Shown piece by piece: positions 28,036 to 37,088 of a stretch of DNA of 64,000 nucleotides. Positions within the stretch are counted from its first letter, which is position 1, and every line of letters begins with the position of its first letter. The notes under the pieces were generated by a model, which saw nothing but the letters and a program-made list of their open reading frames with translations, ran no database searches and was not told where the DNA came from. This stretch comes from Planctomycetota bacterium. GTDB taxonomy: Bacteria > Planctomycetota > UBA1135 > UBA2386. A program made the position numbers and the translations under genes. The stretch lies in NCBI GenBank assembly GCA_046290465.1, contig JBKAGP010000001.1, forward strand, positions 832,001-896,000. The letters are read 5' to 3'.

Positions 28036-29095
28036 AGCGACCGCGCAGCGCGTCGCGCAGGCTGCGGCCGCGCTCGTCGAGTTCGTCGGACAGCAGCAGG
28101 GCGCGCACCAGCCAGAGCCGCGCCAGCCGCGGCGCCGCAGCGTGCACCGCGGCCAGGCCCATCTCGATCGCCTCCCGCTGGGTCGAGTCGACCGGTTCGA
28201 CCGCGATCGTCGCGACCGTCGGATAGCTCTGTCCGCTGGCGCTGCGCAGGTGCACGGTGGTGCGCTGCGGCCGCGTGCCGGCCACCGCACCTTCCTGCAA
28301 GCCCTCCTGCCACAGCAGCCGCACGCGCCGCTTGCGCGGCAGCGGCGCAGCGCTCGGCAGGCCGTCGGTGCCGACGGCGGCCGACCAGTCCTCCCCCAGC
28401 TCGGCCATCGCGGCGAGCTCGCTGGCCGGCGCCCAGCGCGTGTCACCGGCGAGGCGCTCAACCACCAGATCGGCCGCCAGCACCTCCCCGGCGCGCAGGT
28501 GCGCGACGATCGCCGCCTCGGCCGCCTGCTCGGCGCGCGCCAGTCGCTCGGCAAACTGCTGCACGGCGCGCGCCTGCTCCTGGTCGCCGCCGACCTGCGG
28601 GCGCAGCCGCTGCAGCAGCTCGCTGGCGCGCGGCAACGCACCGTCGTCGAGATGCGCGCGCAGCAGCGACATCAGGCTGGCGAAGCGATCGGGTTCGAGG
28701 CCCGGCTCGGGCTCCGGCAGGCGGGCGCGCTCGCTCGCCGGCTTGCCCGGCAGGCCTGCGCCCGACGCGTCGGTCTCGGGATCCGCAGCGGGGTCCGTCT
28801 CTCCGGTGGGCGCCGCCGCGAGCACGTTGCCCGGACCCGCGCCGTCCGCCGGCTGCCGGCGATCCCCGTCGACGCGCTGGCCCTGGCCGTCGACCTTTTC
28901 GGCGTCCGGCTGCGAGCCGCGCCGTTCGCCCTGGTCGCCGCGCCCCGGATCGCTGGCCGAACCGAACCAGCCCATGCCGTAGCCGAGCAGCCACAGGGCC
29001 CCGGCGACCAGCAGCGCGTAGGCGGAGCGACGACGACGCCGGCCGCGGGGTCGCTTCGGGGCGGAGCGCAGCTGGTTGTCGTCGACCTGGGCCAT
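28034..29095 (-). CDS. Hypothetical membrane-anchored protein
   Basis: Arg-rich N-terminus, TM ALLVAGALWLLGYGMGWF, low-complexity linker, helical C-terminus. Confidence 0.65.
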   Translation of the reverse strand: MAQVDDNQLRSAPKRPRGRRRRRSAYALLVAGALWLLGYGMGWFGSASDPGRGDQGERRGSQPDAEKVDGQGQRVDGDRRQPADGAGPGNVLAAAPTGETDPAADPETDASGAGLPGKPASERARLPEPEPGLEPDRFASLMSLLRAHLDDGALPRASELLQRLRPQVGGDQEQARAVQQFAERLARAEQAAEAAIVAHLRAGEVLAADLVVERLAGDTRWAPASELAAMAELGEDWSAAVGTDGLPSAAPLPRKRRVRLLWQEGLQEGAVAGTRPQRTTVHLRSASGQSYPTVATIAVEPVDSTQREAIEMGLAAVHAAAPRLARLWLVRALLLSDELDERGRSLRDALRGR

Positions 29096-29099
29096 GCCT

Positions 29100-29660
29100 C
29101 TATTGTCGCACTTCGACCGCCTTGCGATGAAGCCGAAGCACGCTCTCCTCGGTAGTGAACTGCGCAAGCTCCGCCACCGGCACCCACTCGAGCCGGTTGG
29201 ACTCGTCCGACATCACCAGCTGCTGGCCCGGCTCGGCCTGCAGCAGGAAGCGCACGTCCCAGTGCAGGTGCTCGGGGTCCTGCCGGCGCGCCGGGATCGG
29301 GTGCACGTCGAGATCGAGCGGCACCAAGGCCGCGCCCGCCCACGGTACGAACGTGAACCGCTGCATGCCCGACTCCTCCTGCGCTTCGCGCAGGCAGGCC
29401 CGCTCGACCGCGGCCTCGCCGTCGACGTGGCCGCCGAGCTGCAGCCACTTGCCGAGCTTCTTGTGGTGCGTCAGCAGCGCGTGCCGCCCGTCCGGCGACA
29501 GGATCCACGCCGACGCAGTGACGTGCCCGGGCACGCACGAACGCAGCAGGCAGTCGTCGTGGGCAGCGACGAACCGCTTGAACCGCGCCGTGCGCTGCCG
29601 TTCGTCCGGCCAACGCTCGCCGTAGCGGCGCAGCAGCTCCTGCAGCGGGTCCCGATGCAT
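29100..29660 (-). CDS. Nudix hydrolase
   Basis: GHVTASAWI, HHKKLGKWLQLGGHVDG...CLREAQEESG Nudix box, HLHWDVRF; TGATG coupling to the upstream gene. Confidence 0.9.
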   Translation of the reverse strand: MHRDPLQELLRRYGERWPDERQRTARFKRFVAAHDDCLLRSCVPGHVTASAWILSPDGRHALLTHHKKLGKWLQLGGHVDGEAAVERACLREAQEESGMQRFTFVPWAGAALVPLDLDVHPIPARRQDPEHLHWDVRFLLQAEPGQQLVMSDESNRLEWVPVAELAQFTTEESVLRLHRKAVEVRQ

Positions 29661-31171
29661 CACGACAGCATGCCGCGCAGCGCGGCCTCGTCGACCTTGC
29701 CGTTGGCGTTGTGCGGCAGCGCCGGCAAGACCTCGAGCACGCCGGGCTGCATGTACGACGGCAACCGCGAACGGCATCGCCGCCGCAGCGCCTGCCGCAG
29801 CGCCTGGTCGGCCGGGTCCCCCACGCAGCACAGCGCGATGCGGTGGCCGTCGGCACCACCGTCGAGACCGAGCACCCACACCTCGCCGACCCCCTCCATG
29901 CCGACGACCGCCTGCGCCACCTCGTCCGGCGACACGCGGTGGCCATGCACCTTCAGCATCCGGTCCATGCGCCCGACGAAGTAGTGGCGGCCGCGCTCGT
30001 CGCGCCGCACCAGGTCGCCCGAGTAGACGACCCGGCCCGCCCCCCCGCGCGGATCCGGTCGGAACCTGCGCGCCTCGGCGTCGGGACGGTTCCAGTAGCC
30101 GCGCGCGACCAGTTCGCCGGCGTGCACGAGCTCGCCGGTCGCCGGCCCGTCCAGCACTTCGCCGGTCGTAGGCGCGACCAGCAGCAGCTCGACCCCTTCG
30201 ATCGCGTAGCCGAACGAGTCGGGATGCGCGTCGAACTCCTCGGGCGGCAGGAACGCGCTGCGGAAGGCCTCGGTCAGTCCGTACATCGCGTAGACGTCGC
30301 AGTGCGGCCAACGCCGCCGCAGCACCTGCGTGTCGGCGCCGCGCAGCGCGCCGCCGCTGTTGGTGACGTAGCGCAGCGAAGAGCCGTCGTCGTCGCCGAG
30401 CGTGCCGGCGTCGAGACCGGCCGCGACCTCGTGCCACAGCGACGGCACCCCCGCGAGCCCAGTCGGCCGATGCGTGCGCAGCAGCGACGCCAGTTCGCCG
30501 ACCCCGAGGTGCTCGGCCGTCGTCAGCCGGCAGCCGACCAGCAGCGCCGTCAGCAGTTGGTTGAGGCCGTAGTCGAAGCTGAACGACAGCAGCGCCAGGA
30601 TGTGGTCGTCTTGATCCAGCCGCAGGTAGCGGGAGACGATCTCCGCGCCGCGGGCCTGGTTGCCGTGCGTCTGCACGATGCCCTTGGCGGGGCCGGTGCT
30701 GCCGCTGGTGTAGAGCAGCACCGCTGGGTCGCCCGTCTCGACGGCCAGCACCTGCTCGGCGGCGGCCCCCGCAAGGTCGGCGTGCGGATCCAGCAGACGC
30801 TGGCCGCGCAGCACGTCGTCGGCGTCGCGCAGCCCGACCGTTCGCGCGGCGTTGGTGACACACAGCCGCGGCGCCGCATCCTGGAGTACGTGCCGGACCT
30901 GGTCGTCCTTCAGCTTGGCGTGGATCGGCACGGCGATCGCACCGGCCGCCATGCCCGCGACCAGCGCCACCGCCTCGTCGACGCCGCGCGGCAACAGGAT
31001 CGCCACCCGATCCCCGCGCTGGAGGCCGTGCGCACGCAGGCTCGCGATCGCGGTGCGCACCCGTTCTGCAAACGCCGCAAACGTGCAGGTGCGGCCCTGC
31101 GCGCACAGGAACGGCCGGTCGGCGAAGCGCGTGGCGCTGTGCTCGAGCAGTTCGGCGACGGTCCGGGGCAT
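29660..31171 (-). CDS. AMP-forming acyl-CoA ligase resembling the exosortase/PEP-CTERM-associated family
   Basis: YTSGSTGPAKG, FSFDYGLNQL, MYGLTEAFRS, GELVHAG.LVARGYW, SGDLV, LPHNANGKVD. Confidence 0.85.
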   Translation of the reverse strand: MPRTVAELLEHSATRFADRPFLCAQGRTCTFAAFAERVRTAIASLRAHGLQRGDRVAILLPRGVDEAVALVAGMAAGAIAVPIHAKLKDDQVRHVLQDAAPRLCVTNAARTVGLRDADDVLRGQRLLDPHADLAGAAAEQVLAVETGDPAVLLYTSGSTGPAKGIVQTHGNQARGAEIVSRYLRLDQDDHILALLSFSFDYGLNQLLTALLVGCRLTTAEHLGVGELASLLRTHRPTGLAGVPSLWHEVAAGLDAGTLGDDDGSSLRYVTNSGGALRGADTQVLRRRWPHCDVYAMYGLTEAFRSAFLPPEEFDAHPDSFGYAIEGVELLLVAPTTGEVLDGPATGELVHAGELVARGYWNRPDAEARRFRPDPRGGAGRVVYSGDLVRRDERGRHYFVGRMDRMLKVHGHRVSPDEVAQAVVGMEGVGEVWVLGLDGGADGHRIALCCVGDPADQALRQALRRRCRSRLPSYMQPGVLEVLPALPHNANGKVDEAALRGMLS

Positions 31172-31241
31172 GGCTACAGCATCGCGTCGGGGTCGGACGG
31201 CTGCACCCCCGGCAGCCTCGACCGGTCGGCAAAGACCGGCC

Positions 31242-31279
31242 AAAAGAAAACGCCCGTCACCTCTCGGCGACGGGCGTCT
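31242..31279 (-). terminator. Rho-independent terminator after tRNA-Glu
   Basis: Stem acgcccgtc/gacgggcgt followed on the minus strand by TTTCTTTT. Confidence 0.85.
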
Positions 31280-31280
31280 T

Positions 31281-31358
31281 TGGTATCCCGTAGGGGATTC
31301 GAACCCCTGTTACTAGAATGAAAATCTAGGGTCCTAGGCCAGGCTAGACGAACGGGAC
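31281..31358 (-). tRNA. tRNA-Glu (TTC)
   Basis: Reverse complement reads GTCCCGTTCGTCTAGCCTGGCCTAGGAC CCTAGA ttTTCat TCTAG...GGTTCGAATCC...ACGGGATACCA. Confidence 0.97.
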
Positions 31359-31461
31359 GTCCGTTTGCGGCGGGCAAGTTAGCGAACCGGGAAGAGGAAT
31401 GCAAGCCTGCATTCCGGTGCTTCTTGCGCCCCCACCGAATCCTGATGGCGGCCCCGACCGG

Positions 31462-32802
31462 TCAGCCGAGGTTCTTCCACTCCTTGACGCTCGGCAGGTC
31501 CTGCAGCGACTCGAGGCCGAAGCGCTCGAGGAAGTGCGGGGTGGTGCCGTACTGCAGCGGACGGCCCGGCACGTCGGCGCGGCCGGCGACCTTGACCAGC
31601 TTGTGCTGCAGCAGCGTGCGCAGCATCGGCCCGGCTTTCACGCCGCGGATCGCCTCGATCTCGCTGCGCATCACCGGCTGCCGGTAGGCGATCACGGCGA
31701 GCGTCTCGAGCGCGGCCGGCGACAGCCGTTCGAGCTTCTTGACGCCCTTGAGGCGCTGCAGGTAGGGGAACGCCGACGCCGTCGACATCCAGCGAACGGT
31801 GTCGCCGACGCGGGTCAGCTCGACCGGCAGGCCGAGCCCGCGCAGCTGGCCCTGCAGCAGATCGAGGGCCTCCTCGACCAGCTTCTGGCTGGTGTTGCAC
31901 GCCTGCGCCAGGCGGAAGATCGTCATGCCGTCGCGCGACGTCAGCATCAGCACGAACAGCGTGCGGCTGAGCTCGGTCGCGTCGGTCAGCTCCGGCACGA
32001 TCGGCAGGCCGTCGTCACCGAGTTCGGTGTCGACGATCTCGTCGAGGTCGCGTTCGACACTGGCGGTGCCGGCCTCGGCCGCGACGGCGGCCTGCGCGGC
32101 CTCGGCGTCGATCTCGTCGCTCTCCGGGGCCTCGGCCTCGGCGGCTTCCGGTTCGTCGGCCTGCTCGGTCTCGTCGACCTGTGCTTCCTCGTCGACCTGG
32201 GTTTCCTGGTCGACCTGGGCTTCCTGGTCGACCTGGGCTTCCTGGTCGACCTGGGCTTCCTGGTCGACCTGGGCTTCCTGGTCGACCGGCTCGGCCTCGA
32301 CGCCTTGTTCCGTCTCGACGTCCAGGTCGGTCTCCGCCGCAGCCCCTTCCGCCGTTGCAGGATCTTCGTGCTCGGCGGGCTCGCCGTCGGCTTCGTCGGC
32401 CTCCTGCTCGGCGCGTTCGTCCTGCTCGCCAGAATCCTGGCGAGCTGAATCCTGATGCTCAGAATCCTCGTGCCCAGAACCTTGCTCGTGCGCACCTTGC
32501 TCGTGCGCACCTTGCTCGTGCGCACCTTGCTCGTGCGCACCAGGCGCGTCGCCGAGCGGTTCGTCCAGCTCGCTGCTGGCCATCACCAGTTCATCCTCGA
32601 CCGGCTCCGGCTGCACGCGATCGGCGAGGAACTGGGCCCCCATGCCGGCGAGGCGGTCGCCCAGCGCGAGCGATTCGTCGGCCTGGTCGTCGCCGACCAA
32701 CCCTCGCTCGAACCTGACCAACTCTTCCGGACCTTTCTGCTGCGCGCTGACCGGAGCTGCGCCGGAATCATCCGGCGGCAACTCACGCGAGATGTCGTCC
32801 AT
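31462..32802 (-). CDS. scpB: SMC-Scp complex subunit ScpB with a long acidic N-terminal extension
   Basis: LSPAALETLAVIAYRQPVMRSEIEAIRGV, GRPLQYGTTPHFLERFGLESLQDLP. Confidence 0.93.
   Translation of the reverse strand: MDDISRELPPDDSGAAPVSAQQKGPEELVRFERGLVGDDQADESLALGDRLAGMGAQFLADRVQPEPVEDELVMASSELDEPLGDAPGAHEQGAHEQGAHEQGAHEQGSGHEDSEHQDSARQDSGEQDERAEQEADEADGEPAEHEDPATAEGAAAETDLDVETEQGVEAEPVDQEAQVDQEAQVDQEAQVDQEAQVDQETQVDEEAQVDETEQADEPEAAEAEAPESDEIDAEAAQAAVAAEAGTASVERDLDEIVDTELGDDGLPIVPELTDATELSRTLFVLMLTSRDGMTIFRLAQACNTSQKLVEEALDLLQGQLRGLGLPVELTRVGDTVRWMSTASAFPYLQRLKGVKKLERLSPAALETLAVIAYRQPVMRSEIEAIRGVKAGPMLRTLLQHKLVKVAGRADVPGRPLQYGTTPHFLERFGLESLQDLPSVKEWKNLG
32173..32287. repeat. In-frame 18-bp tandem repeat, 6 units plus a partial (VDQEAQ)
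   Basis: gtcgacctgggcttcctg units within scpB. Confidence 0.95.
32480..32539. repeat. In-frame 15-bp tandem repeat, 4 perfect units (GAHEQ)
   Basis: ccttgctcgtgcgca units within scpB. Confidence 0.95.
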
Positions 32803-32833
32803 GCGGCAAATCTAGCAGGACGAAAGCCTGGAG

Positions 32834-33862
32834 TCACTTGCCGGACTCCTGCGACTTCCGCTCTTCTTCGTTGCGCCAGCGCATCGTGTAGGCCGTCGTC
32901 TCCAGCGGCGAGATCGGCTGCTGCTCCAGGTCGGCGTCGATCTCGGCCCGCACCTGCTCGAACGGCACGTCGCGGCCGGGACGGTGCTCGAGGCAGTAGA
33001 CCACGAACCAGCGCTGCTCGCCGCCCCAGGTGGCCTCGAACGGCTCGCAGACCTCGCCGGCCTGCAGCTCGAACGCGTGGGTCGCGGCCGGGTGCCGGAA
33101 GCCCTCGCCGAAGGCCGGCAACAGGCCGCCGTCGCGACGCGACGGGTCCTCGGACCAGCGCAGCGCCAGCGTCGCGAAGTCGGCGCCGACCCGCACCTTG
33201 TCGACGACCTCCTGGGCGACCTTGCGGTCCTTGTGCACCAGGAACCGCACCTGCACGCGGTCCTCGCGCAGCGCCAGGTAGCGCAGCACGTAGCCCTGGT
33301 AGAGCCGCTGCGCCGTGCGCAGCCGCAGGGCCGCCTGCCAGTCCCCTTCGCGCATGCCGAACAGCCGCCAGACGTAGTCAACGAACGTCACGCCCTCGAG
33401 CTCGGCCTGCACCTGCCGGCGGAGTTCGCGTTCTTCCTCGGACGCCAGCTCCTCGACGCGCGCTTCGCTGACCCGGATGCCGTACTGCTCGGCATGGCGC
33501 GCCACCAGCACGTCGAACACCAGCAGGTCGACCGCCGACAGCGCCAGCTTCGGGTGCGCGCTCAGCAGCCGCGTGTAGGCGTGGCTCTGCCGCAGCACCA
33601 GCGAACCGACGCGCGCGACCTCGGCGTCGCCGGCAGCCGGATCCGGCAGCAGGATCTCGGGGCCGAGGCCCTCGGCGAAGCGCGGCGGCTGCGGTGCGGC
33701 GATGACCGGCGGCTGGTCGGGCAGCGGGTCACGGCCGCCGCCGCGCGTGCCGTCCCCGCCACCGAGCGGCGGCAGCCGTTGGGGCCCGCCGGCGCACGCG
33801 GCCAGCGACAGCACCGCCAGCAGCAGGCAGCGCCGGTGCCCTCGGCGAGCCGGCACCGGCAC
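32834..33862 (-). CDS. PpiC/parvulin-type peptidyl-prolyl isomerase lipoprotein (SurA/PrsA-like)
   Basis: LSLAAC lipobox; GADFATLALRWSEDPSRRDGGLL, AFELQAGEVCEPF. GTG start overlaps the upstream TAG; start uncertain. Confidence 0.85.
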   Translation of the reverse strand: MPVPARRGHRRCLLLAVLSLAACAGGPQRLPPLGGGDGTRGGGRDPLPDQPPVIAAPQPPRFAEGLGPEILLPDPAAGDAEVARVGSLVLRQSHAYTRLLSAHPKLALSAVDLLVFDVLVARHAEQYGIRVSEARVEELASEEERELRRQVQAELEGVTFVDYVWRLFGMREGDWQAALRLRTAQRLYQGYVLRYLALREDRVQVRFLVHKDRKVAQEVVDKVRVGADFATLALRWSEDPSRRDGGLLPAFGEGFRHPAATHAFELQAGEVCEPFEATWGGEQRWFVVYCLEHRPGRDVPFEQVRAEIDADLEQQPISPLETTAYTMRWRNEEERKSQESGK

Positions 33863-35367
33863 TAGTACGCCTTGAAGCTGCGCACCCACTTGGTGTTCTG
33901 GCAGAGGTAGCACTTCATGCGCACCATCTTGCCCTCGGGGCCGATCTCCGGGGTGGTGCCCGCGCCGTAGCACGAGATGCACTGCTGCGCGGTCGCGAAC
34001 TTGACCTTCAGCTGGCCGCCGTACTCGGCGTAGTAGGCCCGCAGCCAGCTGGCCTGCTCGGACTTGCTGGCGTCGCTCCACCAGCCCTCCTCGGTCTGCT
34101 CGCGCTGGCCGCCCTGCTGGGCCTGGCCGCGGCGGCGTTCCATCGCCTGCCGCAGCAGCTTGGCGAAGCGCTCGATGTTGCGGTCGTTGCCGCCACCGGC
34201 GTTGTCCTGCTTGTTGGCGTCCTGCTTGTCCTTGGCCTTGCCGGCGGCCGTGTCCTTGAGGATCTCCTTCTCGCCGAGCACCCACGAGCCGACGCCGTAG
34301 GCGAAGTACTCGGTGCGCTTGCCGATCGGGTACTCCTCGCGCTTCTCCCACATCGACTTGATCTCGGCCTCCTCGAGCTCGAGCGACTTGACCAGCCGTT
34401 CGACGATCTTGTCGGTCATCTCGTTCTCGGCGAAGTCGCGCGCCGCCTGCAGCGTCAGGCCGCCCTCGGAGATCGCCTTCTTGGCGACCAGCTGGATCGA
34501 CTTGCGCCACTGGTCAGCGACCTTCTGGGTCAGGTAGCGATCGCGGGCCTTGTCGAAGCGGTCCTTGGCGCGATCGAACTCGGCCTTCAGCTTGCTGTTC
34601 GGAAACTCCTTCTCGAACGTCGCGACCAGCTCGACGCCCTTCTGGAAGTCCTTCAGCTTGCCGCGGCTGCGGTAGGCCTGCAGCTGCTCGATCATGCCCA
34701 GCTCCTTGGCCGCGGCCTTGTAGCGCTTCAGCCGGTCGATCAGCTTGTCGAGCCGGGCCGGATCGGTGGCGTTGCCGAGGTCCTTGGCCTGGTCGAGGTG
34801 CTCCGAGGCGCGGTCGTAGTCGCGGAACTTGACCAGCTCCTCGGCCAGCAGCATGTGCTTGTTGGCGTCCTCACCGGGCGCGAACCTGGCGAGCGCGTCG
34901 GTGTAGAACTCCTCCTTGGTGTAGACCTGCGTGGCCGGCACCTCGATCGTGCGCACGCCCTTCAGGTTGCGGCGCGGGACCGGATAGGGCACGCCCTTGG
35001 CCTGCACGACCAGCGGATCGCCCGACGGGTCGGTGATCCGGCCGATCACGGTCTGGCGGGTGCCGTTGCTCAGGTAGACGACCTCGGTCGCGCGCACCAG
35101 GACCTCGTCCTGGGCGTCGCCGATCAGGTCGAACTCCTTCTTCCAGCGGGTCGCGCTGGCCGTGCTGAGGTGGTCCCAGCGCAGGTCGAGCATGCCGCCG
35201 TTGTCGAGGCGGCGCACGCGCAGGCCTTCGCCGTCGGCGTTCTCGACCGACGCCAACAGCACGCGGCCGTCGGCGAGCTGCACGGACTGTGCGGTCGCCT
35301 GCGGCAGCAGGAACGCGAACAGCGCCGCCGCGGCGGCGAGGACGGGGAGCAGACGTTGCATCGACAT
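33862..35367 (-). CDS. Secreted hypothetical protein with a C-terminal CxxC..CxxC Zn-finger-like motif
   Basis: Signal peptide ending ATAQ; VQLADGRVL; C-terminal CISCYGAG...CYLCQNT. Start between 35361 and 35370. Confidence 0.75.
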   Translation of the reverse strand: MSMQRLLPVLAAAAALFAFLLPQATAQSVQLADGRVLLASVENADGEGLRVRRLDNGGMLDLRWDHLSTASATRWKKEFDLIGDAQDEVLVRATEVVYLSNGTRQTVIGRITDPSGDPLVVQAKGVPYPVPRRNLKGVRTIEVPATQVYTKEEFYTDALARFAPGEDANKHMLLAEELVKFRDYDRASEHLDQAKDLGNATDPARLDKLIDRLKRYKAAAKELGMIEQLQAYRSRGKLKDFQKGVELVATFEKEFPNSKLKAEFDRAKDRFDKARDRYLTQKVADQWRKSIQLVAKKAISEGGLTLQAARDFAENEMTDKIVERLVKSLELEEAEIKSMWEKREEYPIGKRTEYFAYGVGSWVLGEKEILKDTAAGKAKDKQDANKQDNAGGGNDRNIERFAKLLRQAMERRRGQAQQGGQREQTEEGWWSDASKSEQASWLRAYYAEYGGQLKVKFATAQQCISCYGAGTTPEIGPEGKMVRMKCYLCQNTKWVRSFKAY

Positions 35368-35398
35368 CACCTCTTGGATCTAGCTGGTTCGGGGGGCG

Positions 35399-35869
35399 CT
35401 AGCGGGGAGCCTCCGCGGCCCCTTCCTGGAACGACAGGACCCGGTCGCGCATCGGCAGCTGCCGCGGCACGATCCGAAGGAACTGCTCGACCACCGGCTC
35501 GCCTTCTTCAAGCCACCTGGCCTCGATCTTGACGAGCCACAGCAGCGGCCGGTTCTCGTCCTCGGTCGCCGTGGCCGACCACGTCATGCCGGGGAAGCCC
35601 GGCACCGGCTGGTCGATCAGCGGCACGAACTCAAGCTGGTCCGGCGTGCTGCTGCCGCTGACCGAGCGGATCGACTCGTAGCGCACGCGGTGCATCGCGA
35701 GGTCGCACAGCGCGGTCAGCTCGTGGCGCGCGTCGGTGGTCCGCCGCTGGCTGATGCTCGACGACAGCGCGCCGAGCAGCGCGGTCACGCCGAACAGCAG
35801 GATCGCCAGCGCCGCCAGCATCTCGGCGAGCGTGAAGCCGCCTTCGTCTCGGTTGGTTCGGCTAGCCAT
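35399..35869 (-). CDS. Minor (pseudo)pilin, PilV/GspI-like
   Basis: Prepilin motif EGG|FTLAEMLAALAILLFG; short (156 aa). Confidence 0.85.
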   Translation of the reverse strand: MASRTNRDEGGFTLAEMLAALAILLFGVTALLGALSSSISQRRTTDARHELTALCDLAMHRVRYESIRSVSGSSTPDQLEFVPLIDQPVPGFPGMTWSATATEDENRPLLWLVKIEARWLEEGEPVVEQFLRIVPRQLPMRDRVLSFQEGAAEAPR

Positions 35870-37088
35870 TCCAGTCGTCCTTGGCGTGCAGCACGGGCAC
35901 GACGAACTCGACCGTGCGGCCGACGTTGACGACCGTGCCGGCCTGGTGTTCGAGGATCTTGGTGGCGCGCTGGCCGCGCTTGCAGCCGACCAGGCGGTCG
36001 CCGTCGAGCTCCGCGTAGCGGATCCACTCGGCACCGAGCTTGACGTAGCCGCCGTCCGGGTTGCCCGGGAACGACGTGCCGTCGTACAGGTAGATGCTGG
36101 TGTCCTCGGCGCCGAGGAAGCTCGCCAGCACGCCCTCGGGGCTCGCGTCGCGGTCCTGCGCCACCACCACGCGCACCAGGATGCCGTGCGGATGGATGTC
36201 GTCGGTCGGGTCGTCCTCGCTGGCAGGGCCGAGGTCGAACGCGAACTCGCCGCCGCTCTGCCGGTCGACCAGCCAGCCGCCGCGCGCGCTGTCCCAGATC
36301 GCCTGCGGGAACTGCAGGTTGCCGGCGGCACCCGACTGGTAGCCGTGCAACGGCCCGCGCTCGTCGCCCCACGACGTCGTGCGCTGCGACCACAGGCCGA
36401 ACTCGACGTGCAGCAGGTCCTGCAGGATCGGCTCGGTTAGCTCGAAGACGGTCAGGCCCGGCAGCTCGTCGCCGCCCGGCACGATCACGTCGAACGGATC
36501 GACGAAGCTGTCGACGCCGGCGGGGATCTGCTGGCCCGGCAGGAACCAGCCGGCGCGCAGTTCGAGCAGCGCGTCGTCGTCGCCCTCCTGGCGCCACGGC
36601 AGCATCAGCAGGTTGCCGATGCCGCGCAGCGGTTCGACCGCGGCCCGCTTCTGGACCTCGGCGACGATCTCCTCCGGCGTCAGCCCCGGGTCCTGCTCGA
36701 ACACGTCGGCGGCCAGCCGCTTGCCGACGATGGCGAGCTCGCGGGCCGGATCGAGGTGCACTGCGCCGCGCAGCACCTGCACCAGCGTCGCGCCCCGCTC
36801 GGGCGCGCGCGGCAGGCCGATCGGCAGCATCTGCACGACCAGGCGGTCCTCGACCTCGGTGCGGTCGCGGCCGGTCGAGCTGCCGCGCAGGCGTGAGAGT
36901 TCCTGACGCACGACCTGCTGGGCGCGCGCGCCGCGGTCGGCCAGCACCTGGCTGGTCTCGCCGTCCCGGAACATCGTCAGGCCACTGTCGACCAGCGACA
37001 CCAGCATCACCAGGAAGCCGCTCAGGATGCCCATCACGACCAGCAGTTCGATCAGGGTGAAGCCGTGCTGTTGCGTGCGTGCGTTCAT
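35862..37088 (-). CDS. Minor (pseudo)pilin, PilW/GspJ-like
   Basis: QHG|FTLIELLVVMGIL; ATGA overlap with the upstream gene. Confidence 0.85.
   Translation of the reverse strand: MNARTQQHGFTLIELLVVMGILSGFLVMLVSLVDSGLTMFRDGETSQVLADRGARAQQVVRQELSRLRGSSTGRDRTEVEDRLVVQMLPIGLPRAPERGATLVQVLRGAVHLDPARELAIVGKRLAADVFEQDPGLTPEEIVAEVQKRAAVEPLRGIGNLLMLPWRQEGDDDALLELRAGWFLPGQQIPAGVDSFVDPFDVIVPGGDELPGLTVFELTEPILQDLLHVEFGLWSQRTTSWGDERGPLHGYQSGAAGNLQFPQAIWDSARGGWLVDRQSGGEFAFDLGPASEDDPTDDIHPHGILVRVVVAQDRDASPEGVLASFLGAEDTSIYLYDGTSFPGNPDGGYVKLGAEWIRYAELDGDRLVGCKRGQRATKILEHQAGTVVNVGRTVEFVVPVLHAKDDWNG

Noticed and set aside
11013..31358. Genomic island bounded by the two tRNAs
   Set aside because: No integrase, no duplicated tRNA 3' end that I could find, no evident compositional shift, and housekeeping gene content.
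32173..32539. Short tandem repeats as a possible CRISPR array
   Set aside because: The units are contiguous with no unique spacers, are multiples of 3 inside scpB, and no cas genes are present.
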